DNA from: a virus
Lineage: Duplodnaviria > Caudoviricetes
DNA: 64,000 nucleotides
IMG/VR virus record: IMGVR_UViG_3300031853_000015
Coordinates: 1 to 64,000 of that record
Reading direction: 5' to 3' (one strand)
Shown here piece by piece: positions 1 through 11,000 of this stretch (position 1 is the stretch's first letter; each line of letters starts with the position of its first letter). Both the position numbers and the translations under genes were made by a program. A model generated the notes under the pieces. The model was not told the DNA's origin. It saw only the letters and a list, made by a program, of their open reading frames with translations, and made no database searches.

Positions 1-444
1 CTTCAAAGCTTTGAAAATTTTGGTACTCTTAGTGTATTGAATCATTCATCAACAGGAGAAGGTGTTACCACTGCCATCAATAATCTTTGGAATCTGATGT
101 TCTCTGGAAAAGCCTCTTTATCATTTCCTAAACTAAGTGGTTGGTACAAAGAAAAGTATGCTACTTACATAGACTATGTAAAAAAACATAGAATTAAACC
201 TACTGAGGAAGAGAAAGAAATTACTGTCCTTATGGATGAGCCTGATAGAAATCTGGATATAGAGAATATTAATCAAATAAAAGGCATTCTTTCATTTCAT
301 AAAGAGCAGACTCAGATTATTGCAGTAATTCATAATCCTCTGCTCATATATAATCTCTCAAAGAAGAAGGATATAAATATCATTGAAATGACTGAAGGTT
401 ATGTTCATAAAGTAAATCAATTAGTTAGAAATTTAATAAGATGA
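1..444 (+). CDS. ABC/AAA-type ATPase, C-terminal part (5' end outside window)
   Basis: Frame is open from base 1 (LQSFENFGTLSVLNHSSTGEG...). It has a signature-like SSTGEG, a Walker B/D-loop VLMDEPD and an H-loop-like AVIHNP. Ends TGA. Confidence 0.7.
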   Translation, partial: LQSFENFGTLSVLNHSSTGEGVTTAINNLWNLMFSGKASLSFPKLSGWYKEKYATYIDYVKKHRIKPTEEEKEITVLMDEPDRNLDIENINQIKGILSFHKEQTQIIAVIHNPLLIYNLSKKKDINIIEMTEGYVHKVNQLVRNLIR

Positions 445-659
445 AACCAACACATACTCAAAAGGTTGTGATTAATGCTGTTATTGACCAGTTAAGTTTC
501 TGGAGAAGTACTAAAGACATTGATTCCCCAACACACTATTGTGATATGGATGCAAGCTATAAGGCTTTTCTAGGAGACTGCCTCTCTGAAGAGGAAATTG
601 AGGAACTCAAAGCAGAAACTTGTAACTTATTTCAATTTATAAAGAATTTAGCAGTATGA
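441..659 (+). CDS. hypothetical protein (72 aa)
   Basis: ORF with ATGA overlap to the upstream gene; typical phage gene packing. Confidence 0.7.
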   Translation: MKPTHTQKVVINAVIDQLSFWRSTKDIDSPTHYCDMDASYKAFLGDCLSEEEIEELKAETCNLFQFIKNLAV

Positions 660-868
660 ATATACCAGATTTAATGCTTGGAGATTATATTCAAGTAGAA
701 GATGAAGAAGGTAATCTGATTACAGATTACATCTGTGATATTGGCTATGTTCCTCAATGGAATGAGCTTGGAGTAAGAACTTGTAAATGTGGAAATGAGT
801 GGCTTAGAGAATCTGAGATACACCCTATTCCATTAACTGCCACAATTTTAAAAAAAAATTGCAACTAA
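656..868 (+). CDS. hypothetical phage protein (70 aa)
   Basis: ATGA overlap. DLMLGDY...IHPIPLT resembles small Bacteroidota phage proteins (recalled, not searched). Confidence 0.65.
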   Translation: MNIPDLMLGDYIQVEDEEGNLITDYICDIGYVPQWNELGVRTCKCGNEWLRESEIHPIPLTATILKKNCN

Positions 869-887
869 GATTGGAGGAAATTATATT

Positions 888-1097
888 ATGAAAGAATCAT
901 TTGTAATATCAGAAGTCTCAAGAGAAGACCTTGAAGAAATAGGATTTGATACTTCAGAAGTGTCTGATGAAACTATGAAGCATTTGGCTAGAAAGCTAGG
1001 AGATGACTACTGTGAGCAGTTATTTTGGAGTAGTTTAAAGATTACTGCTGAATATCTGGAAATACCAAAAAAGGATTTAGATGGCAGACAACTTTAA
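888..1097 (+). CDS. hypothetical acidic protein (69 aa)
   Basis: ORF preceded by an A/T-rich leader, in the co-oriented cluster. Confidence 0.7.
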   Translation: MKESFVISEVSREDLEEIGFDTSEVSDETMKHLARKLGDDYCEQLFWSSLKITAEYLEIPKKDLDGRQL

Positions 1098-1257
1098 GAG
1101 ATACAGGGAGTTCATCAACATCTGTGGTGGACTTCCAGGTACTAATGAAAAGAGGACTCTTGACAAGTACTATGTCATAGAATTGATAGGAAGAGGTAAG
1201 GATAATCCTGATATTAAAAAGAATCATTTAACTTTATTATTTGAAAATTTTGATTAA
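1081..1257 (+). CDS. small ORF (58 aa), possibly the 5' remnant of a longer phage gene
   Basis: Not in the track (<60 aa): MADNFKRYREFINICGGLPGTNEKRTLDKYYVIELIGRGKDNPDIKKNHLTLLFENFD. It fills the gap exactly, and its TAA overlaps the next ATG (TAATG). Confidence 0.6.
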   Translation: MADNFKRYREFINICGGLPGTNEKRTLDKYYVIELIGRGKDNPDIKKNHLTLLFENFD

Positions 1258-1547
1258 TGACTAAATTTGATATTTTTGTAGAGGGGTTTGGCAATAAACA
1301 ATATACTAATACTCCTCTACAGTTAGCTGTAGGAGTAGAAGCTGAGACTTTCCCTGCAGCTGTACAAAAGTGGTATAATGCTTTAGCTGAAGTATCAGAT
1401 GTAAAAGCAATGTATGGACCTCTTACTATTCAAGGTGATACAGTTAGATTATGGGGAATGAAAGTATTTGATAATTATTTAGATGCTCTGGAACATCGTA
1501 CTGAAACTAAATTAAATATTTTAAATAATATAATTGATGAATTATGA
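1257..1547 (+). CDS. hypothetical protein (96 aa)
   Basis: ORF coupled to neighbours by TAATG and ATGA overlaps. Confidence 0.7.
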   Translation: MTKFDIFVEGFGNKQYTNTPLQLAVGVEAETFPAAVQKWYNALAEVSDVKAMYGPLTIQGDTVRLWGMKVFDNYLDALEHRTETKLNILNNIIDEL

Positions 1548-2293
1548 GAAGATTAACACAAACAACTAGAGATATGGTGTATAATGCTCCTATTATACAC
1601 TATGATACAGAAACTTATACTCCTGTAACAAATAAATATATCATGGATATAATAGAAACTAAACTTCATGATGTAGGATTGACTATTAAAAGTCAGGAGT
1701 ATAAAGTAGCAACCTCAAAAGAAGGAGATATTAAAGGTGTTATAGGAGCCTATAATATTACTACAGATGATGGAGAGTTTGGCCAACGGATAATGTTTAG
1801 AAACTCATATGATAAATCTATGAGTTTTGCTTTCTGTTGTGGCACTTTAGTTTGGATCTGTGAGAATGGATGTGTATCAGGAGATTATACCTATAAAAGA
1901 GTTCATAGAGGTGTTATTATTGAAGACCAAAGTACTACAGAAAGGGATGTTATTACTAATATAAATGATGGCTTCAAAACTCTACAAGTATCTTTTGAAA
2001 GAATAGCAGGTCAAGTAAGAGAACTTAAGAAATTTGAATTAAGTCCTAATGAATCTTATGATATTCTAGGTAACTTATTCTTTGAGAAGAAAGTACTCTC
2101 TATTACTCAAATGTCTATTATTAAAAAGGAATTTGAATGTAGTAGGCATTTTAAGCATCTTGGAGATCCTACTTTTACAGCATATGATTTATACAATCAT
2201 ATTACAGAAAGTCTCAAAGTCAGTCATCCCTTGTCCTACATCAGTGACCATGTGAAAACTCATAGTTTGTTTGAGGAGGTGTTTAGTATATGA
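1544..2293 (+). CDS. DUF932/DUF945-like protein
   Basis: RNSYDKSMSFAFCCGTLVWICENG..HRG matches the recalled DUF932 pattern NSHDG....GxxRxxCxNG. Confidence 0.65.
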   Translation: MRRLTQTTRDMVYNAPIIHYDTETYTPVTNKYIMDIIETKLHDVGLTIKSQEYKVATSKEGDIKGVIGAYNITTDDGEFGQRIMFRNSYDKSMSFAFCCGTLVWICENGCVSGDYTYKRVHRGVIIEDQSTTERDVITNINDGFKTLQVSFERIAGQVRELKKFELSPNESYDILGNLFFEKKVLSITQMSIIKKEFECSRHFKHLGDPTFTAYDLYNHITESLKVSHPLSYISDHVKTHSLFEEVFSI

Positions 2294-2826
2294 TAGACTT
2301 TGAATACAATGACCTGAAGTTCCGTCATGTGGAGAAACACAGTGACAGATGTGATGGTTGTTGGTTTGAGAGAAACAATATCTCTTGTTTCCCTAAGGAA
2401 ATCCCTGAGTGTAAGACTGGTATATTTGTAGAAATTAACAGTAGTATGGAAAAGAATGAATGGTTTGGCTGGATACTTAAGAATAATCCTCACTTTTGGG
2501 AAGACCAAGGATTTATAATAAAAGAGAATCCTATCTATTATGGATGTGAAAGGGCTAAAATAAACCATCATCCTGTATATGAAAAAGTAAGATACATTAA
2601 TTTTGATTATGAGGAAGAAGCGGCTGTTGTAGTATTTTCTTGTGACTATGGTGTTATACAACATGCTTATATGGTATTCCTGTTTGAATGGAACAATTCA
2701 GGAGGAAGTAGATACCCTATGATAGCAGCTAAACAAGTATCTACAGTTTCTCAATACAATGAGTTCATCCGAGAGTATGGGTTAGACAAACTTGAAGATG
2801 ATGCAACATTTTTATTAGACTTTTAA
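2290..2826 (+). CDS. hypothetical protein (178 aa), N-terminal Cys cluster
   Basis: ORF with ATGA overlap; CDGCWF...SC...PEC pattern. Confidence 0.7.
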   Translation: MIDFEYNDLKFRHVEKHSDRCDGCWFERNNISCFPKEIPECKTGIFVEINSSMEKNEWFGWILKNNPHFWEDQGFIIKENPIYYGCERAKINHHPVYEKVRYINFDYEEEAAVVVFSCDYGVIQHAYMVFLFEWNNSGGSRYPMIAAKQVSTVSQYNEFIREYGLDKLEDDATFLLDF

Positions 2827-2838
2827 AACATTAAGATT

Positions 2839-3123
2839 ATGTATCAAGTAACAGTACACCACCATTATAAAGCTTGGAGAAATGGTGATTTGGAAGACAA
2901 GCTTGAACTTGTAGACAGAGTATACTATAATACAAGAAAGGCTGCAAAAGATTTCATTGAAAGGCAACTTCAAGGAAAGAAAAATGTATTCAGAAACTAC
3001 CACAAAGGAGATGAAAGAAGCTGGTGTGGTTACTATACTGGAGTAACATGGCAACATGAGAACTCTGGTGAGACTATGGCAGAGTATTATGAGTACACAT
3101 TGAAAAAGGTTAAATTAAGATAG
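2839..3123 (+). CDS. hypothetical protein (94 aa); ends at TAG
   Basis: ORF in the cluster. The stop is TAG at 3121-3123, and the next ATG is at 3125. Confidence 0.7.
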   Translation: MYQVTVHHHYKAWRNGDLEDKLELVDRVYYNTRKAAKDFIERQLQGKKNVFRNYHKGDERSWCGYYTGVTWQHENSGETMAEYYEYTLKKVKLR

Positions 3124-3124
3124 T

Positions 3125-3475
3125 ATGAGTTGGTTTAGTAACAAGAAAGAGGAAAGGCCTCCTGTATATACTATAGAAGATAAGAGAAGAGAAGAAAGAG
3201 AGATATTAATGTCAGTAGATTTAAAACCTCTAGCTGAATTATGGACAGAAACTAATATGAAACAATCTGAGTACATATATAAAAGTATTCAGGAGTATAG
3301 AGACTTCTTAGATATAATGAAAGGTTTCATTGGTTCTGATTCTCCTCTCATTACTAAATTTGAAGTTCTCTTAAACAAATTGGAAAAAACAAATGTAGAC
3401 TATAATAAGATAGTAAAAGACTCTTTAGATAAAGCTGTCATTAAGGGTAAAATCGAACTAAAAGCAAAGGTGTAA
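3125..3475 (+). CDS. hypothetical protein (116 aa)
   Basis: Contiguous co-oriented ORF. Confidence 0.7.
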   Translation: MSWFSNKKEERPPVYTIEDKRREEREILMSVDLKPLAELWTETNMKQSEYIYKSIQEYRDFLDIMKGFIGSDSPLITKFEVLLNKLEKTNVDYNKIVKDSLDKAVIKGKIELKAKV

Positions 3476-3477
3476 TT

Positions 3478-4068
3478 ATGGCAAATATGGCAAGTGTGGC
3501 TTATGCCATTGAAGGAAGTGATGAAAGTCTTAATAAAATCTATGAGGCTATTCTCAAGGCAATGTCTTATAAAAACTGTTGGACTGAATATAAGGCTTGT
3601 GAACTATTAGGATATACTGAAGAGGAATTGAATGACCTTACTTCAGGATATAGTTTGGGTGGAGCTGTAGAAGAAAAACCTACCTTTAATAAGAAAACTG
3701 GTGTTCTTAAGTTCTTTGCAGAGGAAAGATGGGGTCTACAAAACTTTCATGAACTCTTAAAGAAAAAGTTTCCTGACATCAAGGTTTATTGGGTAGTAGA
3801 AGAAGTAGGCTTTGATGTATTTTGTACCAATGATAAGGAAGGAAAGTATTTTCCTGCAAGGTATTGGGTAGATATGGCGCAGGATGATGTTTTTCAATCA
3901 GATTATTTCAAAACAGAGAAGGCAATGTATAAGTGGCTTGATAAGGTGACTCATGGTAGGGTAAAATCAGAGGAAGATGTTGAGGAATTTAATGCTGATT
4001 ATGAAGATTCTGGAGCCTGTGATGAAAATTTCATTTATATTCATAAATTTGAAGTAGAGGAAGATTAA
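3478..4068 (+). CDS. hypothetical acidic protein (196 aa)
   Basis: Contiguous co-oriented ORF; no family assigned with confidence. Confidence 0.75.
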   Translation: MANMASVAYAIEGSDESLNKIYEAILKAMSYKNCWTEYKACELLGYTEEELNDLTSGYSLGGAVEEKPTFNKKTGVLKFFAEERWGLQNFHELLKKKFPDIKVYWVVEEVGFDVFCTNDKEGKYFPARYWVDMAQDDVFQSDYFKTEKAMYKWLDKVTHGRVKSEEDVEEFNADYEDSGACDENFIYIHKFEVEED

Positions 4069-4109
4069 AGTACAAGAACATGTCTTACTAAAAAATTAAA
4101 AAAAATAAA

Positions 4110-4292
4110 ATGGTTAGAGAAAAATGGATTATAGGAGTTAGGAATAAATTAGCCAATCTTTATATTGAATGTGACAGTGCTGCTGCCATTGATGGAGCAA
4201 GAATGACTGAAACTGAAAGAGAAGACTTAAAAAGTCTTCTTGCAAAGGCTATACTATATATTGACAAACAATTACCTAAACCTAAGAAGTAA
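4110..4292 (+). CDS. hypothetical protein (60 aa)
   Basis: ORF after an A-rich leader. Confidence 0.6.
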   Translation: MVREKWIIGVRNKLANLYIECDSAAAIDGARMTETEREDLKSLLAKAILYIDKQLPKPKK

Positions 4293-4294
4293 TT

Positions 4295-4456
4295 ATGAAA
4301 GATTATGAAGTTATAAGTTGGCCTGAAATTCAGGAATTAATGGATAAAGAAGGCTTTGATGAGAATGCTACTTTAATAGAAATTAATCATTCTATGGGCA
4401 TTGAGAGTTGTACATATCTTGTTAATAAAGAATGGCTTGAAGAAGTCTTTATCTGA
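4295..4456 (+). CDS. hypothetical protein (53 aa)
   Basis: Not in the track: MKDYEVISWPEIQELMDKEGFDENATLIEINHSMGIESCTYLVNKEWLEEVFI. It fills the gap between neighbours. Confidence 0.6.
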   Translation: MKDYEVISWPEIQELMDKEGFDENATLIEINHSMGIESCTYLVNKEWLEEVFI

Positions 4457-4487
4457 TTTAAAATAAATAAATTTAAAGAATATTAAT

Positions 4488-4892
4488 ATGATAGATGTTT
4501 CAAAGATTGATTATATGGATGATGAATTCCCAACATTTGAAAATGTCGAAGTTCATTATTCCACTACTAAAGAAGGAACTAAAGTATTATCCTTTATAGC
4601 AGACCCTGATGTTTCTATAGAGAAATTGACTCTTAGTGCTATTTCCAAATTAATGGAGCTTAAAACAAAAGAAACTAAAAATTTTGGGGCTATGTTTTTA
4701 ATGGCTGATGATAAAAGAGCTTCTTTAATACGCGTAGGTGATGAAAATAGAATAGTGGCTCTTATGGCTACTTCTTTGATACTCCCTGATTTTAAGCAGA
4801 CACAAAACCTTGCAAAGTTATTATCAAAAGTGTTTGTAGTAAGTGCAGATGTTATTAAAGAAAGGGCTAAAAATTCAAACAAAAAAGAGTAA
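4488..4892 (+). CDS. hypothetical protein (134 aa)
   Basis: Co-oriented ORF after an A/T-rich leader. Confidence 0.7.
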   Translation: MIDVSKIDYMDDEFPTFENVEVHYSTTKEGTKVLSFIADPDVSIEKLTLSAISKLMELKTKETKNFGAMFLMADDKRASLIRVGDENRIVALMATSLILPDFKQTQNLAKLLSKVFVVSADVIKERAKNSNKKE

Positions 4893-4896
4893 TACT

Positions 4897-5526
4897 ATGA
4901 TTTTAGGTTCACATGATACAATGAGTTATCTTCCTCCTAAACACCGGTGGATGATACCTTTCAGATTTATGGCACAATGCCAAAGAGAGAATTATGCTGA
5001 ACAGTATAAGGATGGTGCAAGGTATTTCGATTTAAGAATATACTTTGACAAAGATGGAGCAGTTCTATTTAAACATGGACTCATGAAATTTAAACACTCC
5101 TTTATGCTGCCTACTTCTATGTTAATGCATTTAGATTCTATAGGAAGATGTACTGTAAGGCTTATATTGGAATTAGATACTCTTGAAATGAAATTTATGT
5201 CTAAGAAGAGTATAGAATTTCAAGAGAAAATGTTTAAAAATTATTGTAAAGATGTTGAGAATACTTTTAGGAATATTACCTTTAATGGAGGTAGAAGAAA
5301 AGGAGGTTGGGAAGTTCTATATAAATTTAAAACTCCTGATGCCCCTTTAATGGATATGTATTCTTCAATGCAAGGTTCTAAAATAAATGGTTTATGGCCT
5401 TGGAGATGGGCTAAGAAGTATAATCAGAAAATATATAATAATAATATATACTCAGATAAGCCTGGATTCCTTTTAATGGATTTTATTGATTCACTAATTG
5501 TTCCTATGAGTTCTACAACTATATAA
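4897..5526 (+). CDS. PI-PLC X-domain-like phosphodiesterase
   Basis: ILGSHDTMSY...AQCQ...EQYKDGARYFDLRI matches the PI-PLC X-box (GxHD...Q....G.RYFDLR). Start moved to ATG 4897, just after the upstream stop. Confidence 0.65.
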   Translation: MILGSHDTMSYLPPKHRWMIPFRFMAQCQRENYAEQYKDGARYFDLRIYFDKDGAVLFKHGLMKFKHSFMLPTSMLMHLDSIGRCTVRLILELDTLEMKFMSKKSIEFQEKMFKNYCKDVENTFRNITFNGGRRKGGWEVLYKFKTPDAPLMDMYSSMQGSKINGLWPWRWAKKYNQKIYNNNIYSDKPGFLLMDFIDSLIVPMSSTTI

Positions 5527-5527
5527 T

Positions 5528-5563
5528 AATAAGGAAGGCTTACCCAGCCTTCCTTATTTTTTT
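5528..5563. terminator. bidirectional intrinsic terminator between early (+) and tail (-) blocks
   Basis: AATAAGGAAGGCT-TACCC-AGCCTTCCTTATT perfect stem followed by a T-run. Confidence 0.85.
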
Positions 5564-5576
5564 ATTAGATTACTAT

Positions 5577-8012
5577 TTATTCGACATATTCACTTAGAGG
5601 TTTAATCTAACCATTATCATACAGTTGGCTCCAATACTAATTTGAAGCATAAGCACTAATAGAAGCATCAGGTACATATACTATAGGTCTTGCTTTAGTA
5701 GAATCTGCTTGATGATATATAGCCCCATTCCCAATTGGAGGTGCGGAAGCTCTTAATATTATACTAAAGGATTGAGGAATACTATTTTCATCTAAATAAT
5801 TCTATTTAGTTTGGAAAGGTCCTGCAGGCTGAGGAGAAGAATTAGTAGCAGTTCCCATCATATAAGTTATACTAGAAGGTAAATCTATTACTTTTAGTTT
5901 TGGGGTTCCTCTAAAGCAGCTTTCTCCCAATCTAGCATTACTTCCTCCTCCATCACCTATAATAACTTTTTGAATATTAGGACACATAAATACTAACATA
6001 GATAGACCTTTTGTGCTTGACATATCTTCAAGGGCCCCATTGGATAAATCCAAAGTTCCACTTAAATCAGATTCTGAAAACATTCCGTCTCCTGACATAG
6101 AAACAAGTCCAGTAAATTTTAAAGAAAGTCTCTAAGGAAAATGTGTCTTTGCAAATATTCTTATACCATTTATATAAGTAATATTACTAAAACCTGTTTC
6201 TATTAAATTAGGAAATGACCATCCCTAAAAAGTTTGGTGAGTTGTTATAGACTACACTCCCGAAGGTAATGTTGTATTCTATATGAAAATCTAATCATTT
6301 TGATTATCATCTATAGTAGTCAATGTAGAAGGTAAAGTTATCTAATAAGGAGTATCTGTTCTAAGATAATTATTATTAAGAGTAGTTACTCCTTCAGGAA
6401 TAGTAGCAGTACTTCCTATATATTGTAATGTATTATCAGAGGTTTTTACAATACAATTTCCAGAAGAATGGTAAGTAGTATTATCCTAAGCTACTGTTAC
6501 AGTAGAAAATATAGGACTCTCCCTAGAGTTACCTTGGAATGAAGTTAAAGTAGAAGGTATACTAAGAGTTCCTGATAGATTAGTATTCTTAAAAGCCGTC
6601 CATGACATCTTTGTTACTCCTTCAGGAATTATTAAATCTCCTGTTAAAGAAGTACATCCCTAAAATGTACCATTAAGGATCACAGTAGGAATCACATCCC
6701 AAGGAATTTGAGTTAAGGAGGTACAACCATTGAAAGCACCTTGAGCCCCGTCTCCAGATGTGGACAAAATAGCTCCTGTAATAGTAGTTAAAGAAGTGCA
6801 TCCCTAAAAAGCATGATCATAAAGGATAGCATTTCTACAAGTAACTTTTGTTAAATTAGTGCATCCTTTAAAAGCATTAGCTCCTATATAAGTACTTATT
6901 CCTTCTATTTCTGTGATATAAGTATTATCTGAAAAAGCAGAGGCTCCCACTCCTTGATTTTGTAAGGTGATTTTTCCTTCAGAAGTAACTTCTATATAAG
7001 CATCCTAATAAGCCTCTCTACCTATACCTGTCACAAGCTATGCAAAAGAAATCCAGTTTCTATTATATAATGCATGTGTCTGATTGGAAGACCAGAAGGC
7101 TTTAGAATTTCCTCCTGTACCTATATCTGTAACACTTGTAGGTAAAGATATAAAATCACACAAAGTTTCCTAAAAGGCAGCAGCCCCTATAGCTGTAAGA
7201 TTTGGAGGAAGTTCAGTTAAATTAAGTTTTGAACATCCATAGAAAGCATAACTGGATATTATTTTAAGTTTATCAAAATTTTTAAGCTCTGTAAGAGAAG
7301 TATTATTAAGAAACATTCCAGGAAGATCGTATCCATAGTATTGACCATTTATACCTAAATTATTAGTAGTTAAAGTATTAGTATTTGAATTATAATAAAC
7401 ACTCCCCGAATTATAGAGATACTCAACATTTTTAAAATCAAAAGATTTTAAACTCCTACATTCTCTAAAAATCTGTCCTACTAAAGTAGTTATATGGTCA
7501 GGAATTTCTACCTATTCTAAATTAAGACACCCAGAAAAAAATCCATATTTTATTTGAGTAGCATCATAAGGTTGTCCAAATATATATATATCAGTATTAT
7601 TGATCCCTACATATCTTAAGAATCGAGCATCTTTAATATTTACACCATTAGCAGAAGTTCTAAAACCACCAACCCTTATAAGATGTCCATTTGCAACATC
7701 TCTAGCTAATAATATGTCAGCTTCTGATTCTACCCAATTTTCCTGTTTTGCACAACTTAAAATGATATCCTCATTCTAGCTATCTCCTGCCTAAGCTAAT
7801 ATTAAATCACCATACCTGACATTAAGATTAGGAAAAGCCTCTTTGATTTTATCTACTTTAGTATCTTTAGCCTGAGTTACAAAGATACTCCCTTTTAATT
7901 CAGCATCTGTACCATTAAGTTTATCCTCTGCAAGGCTAACTAAGGCATCCATAGTAGAGGAGTTTATTTGCTCCTCTACTGTTTGTTCTATGTTTATATG
8001 ATTAATTTTCAT
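5577..8012 (-). CDS. BspA-like (LRR_5) leucine-rich-repeat protein, ~811 aa, TAG=Gln; candidate receptor-binding/tail protein
   Basis: Fragments 7791-8012 and 5802-6098 share a frame. Read-through gives repeated AFxGCTSL/IPEGVT units and the typical LRR_5 end YVPDASISAYASNQYWSQLYDNGQIKPLSEYVE-TAA. Confidence 0.8.
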
Positions 8013-11000
8013 ATCTTATATAATTATATGTTGCATGACTTCTATTGCTTCCTTCTTGAGAACCTACTTGTAATGTAGATCTGTTCAAAGCATTAGTATT
8101 ATATGTGGTCAACTCTGATACTATAGAACCATTAATATACAGGCCAGTGCTATTTGCAGTTATAATCAGATTTGGTACATCTGAATCACTTATGACCAAT
8201 TCTTTTATTCCATAAGTACCAGCACTGCTGAATCTAAGTTTCTTAGTACTCTATGTATAATAAATATGTACAGTTTGAGCTGATCCACTTGAAATATCCT
8301 AACCATAACTGAATATATTCTCCTTTTCTTCTGTACAATTAGTTAAATCTATACTTGCTTCAAGAGATTTCTCTGCAGTATATAAGTTTTCAGAGATTGT
8401 ATCTGTCCACTTAGCACTATTAGGAGAATAGTTTTCTTTTATGTAAGTATAATACTAAACCTTTAACTTAATAGAAGTAATTTGATTCTCACTTGGTACT
8501 CCATAAGTATTATTAAGCATACTACCTACTTGAATGGGTGAAAGTCCATACATAGTATTGTCTGTAGCCATAGTATATTCTGTACCATTGATAGTTATGA
8601 TGTTCTAATACCAAGATAAAGTAATAGTATCTCCTACTTGAATATTAGATATCATTGTAGGACTGGTATTACCCATAACATTACCTCCTAAGTAAGCTAA
8701 TAGAGTTGTACCACCTGCTTCTGAAGGATATACTAAATGTAATTTCTTACCAGTAAAAGTATCTATATTCTATCCTATTGAAAGTATATTCTATAATGCT
8801 GTTGTATTATTACTTATAGTTATAGTAGCCTCAAGAGTACCTTTCTTTGTACTGTCAAAATAATATTCATTAACAAAAGAAGTACCATTAGGATTGTAGT
8901 TCTTTAAGAAAGTCGCCTGTTGATTCTCCATTAAAAAGAAATCTCTTTCACAGTATACTGTAGGATCATTTGTAACTGCTGCTTTTATATGGATTCTATC
9001 ACCATTAATATTAGTAGCTAAGTCTGCTGCAGTTTTATTGATTGTAATAGAATCTGTGCTTGGAACATTATAATTATCCTATAATCCTGTTATGGTAAAA
9101 TCTACAATATTTGAACCATCTGAAGTAATTCCTATAATATTATCTTCCCCGGCTTTAAGAATATTAGTATTAAGGTTGAAGTTAATAATTGAAGGAGTTG
9201 TTACTATTTGTTCAAGTATTGCAAAAGCTCCAGTACTATTTTCATTCAATCTCACTATATCAACAGATTTCAGATTACTAAGACGATTGATAACAATATT
9301 AGAAGCAAGTAGAGCAGAACAATCTATGAAATGTATTTCTCTTGGAGAGCCTAAATTTGCCTGCCAAATACTATCATTCTCTTCAACTTTTATTCCTAAA
9401 TTAGAATTAGAGAAAATTACTTTTTTAAGGTTATCTGAGTTAGAGAAGTCTAATACATCATTTGAAGTAAGTCCTAAAAGATTAACCTCTTCTACATTAG
9501 TTAAGAAATAAGGTAATTTATGAGTAGTTACTCCATCTGCAGCTAAGTAGTCTGTTGTGAAATCCTAAATAGAAGTATTATTGCTTATGGTAAAATTCTA
9601 TATACTAGATAAAGTATATACAGTATGATTTCTCTAATCATAATTTAATTTTATATAATTAGTCATAGCATTTACCAAAGCAGGGTTACTTGTTACTCCA
9701 ACAGGCAATAATACTATAGGGTCTTTCACTGAGATTAAATTCTTTTTAGTAGAAAGAATCTACCCAGACTTAAATGTTACTGTAAGTAGTAATTGTGCAG
9801 TATATTCTTCTCCTTCATTTGGTTCATTACTAGTTCTAGTTATTTGAATCTTAGAAGCATTCTTTCCTGTAGATGTATTAAGAATAGCAAAGGCATTATG
9901 TGTGTCTTGTATTAATGACCATTCAAAGTTTACTACAGGAACTTGTCTTTCTGCATTATTATAAGTATCTCCATAGTTTACCTTAAATTGGTAATTAGTT
10001 CCAGACCTGCTAAATATAATTCCATCTACACCTACAAGTAAAGAAGAATCAGGAGTAATATCTAAATCTGTAGGATATGCTGCATGGTCTATATATACAG
10101 GAGTTCTGGATTCAAGACCTAAAGTACCATCAGGATTAATAACCTGACATTTAACATAGAAGAATTCTATTGGCTATCCTCCATCTAATCTCATATAAGG
10201 AATATTAAGGCTCACTATTTCATCAGTTTCAGTAAAGAAGGCATTATTATAATTACCATTACTTGTACTGGGGTCATAAGGAGCTGTCTCTTCTGAAGGC
10301 TGAGTATCATAAGAAGCCCTAACACTACCATAAGTATCTACAATTTGCCATATTACATGAGGTTTAGTATCACTAAGCATGAACTGTGTGGCAAATAAAG
10401 GTACTTTTCTTATTCTATCATTTTCTGTACCTACATCAAAGATTATTGCATCTGAAGGAGTATTTACATAACCTTCTGCAAAATGTACCTAATTATTTAC
10501 TCTGGTTACATATTCATTAGTACCAATAGTAACAATAATAGTACTCCTTCTATAATCTATCTTTAATCCAGTACTACTCTTCTGAAATACTTCATTGCCA
10601 AACTTAGTTTGTAATTCTTGTATCTAGTCACCAGTAAGTTCTGCATCTGAGAGAAGTATGTATCCAGAAAGATTCTCTGAAGGTTGTCCATTGTTAAAGT
10701 CTGCAAGTTTTAATACATCACTATAAGATACTCCACTCCAATTAATATCATAACATTTTAAAGTTCTGCCAGCAAAATTTCCATCTCCTGCCTCAATGTC
10801 TGAAATCCATTGGAAAATCAGATTTTTAGCACAATCATTAGAAGCTGTAGAACCTGAGAATACTATTGTATTTAAATGAGTTAAAGTATTTACTCTGGTA
10901 AAAGTATAAGTATTAACTCCTGTATTTGTGTGCCAGAATTGTAAGTCTGTCCAACTTGAAGACTTAAGATTAAGAGTTGTTACTGTATCAGGAAGTTCTA

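Noticed and set aside
848-858. A-run near the end of ORF 656-868 as a phase-variation site
   Set aside because: The shifted frame I checked also stops within a few codons, and A-runs are common at this AT content.
1-5526. TGA reassignment
   Set aside because: TGA acts as a normal stop in ATGA overlaps of early genes, and no reconstructed late gene needed TGA read-through in the parts I translated.
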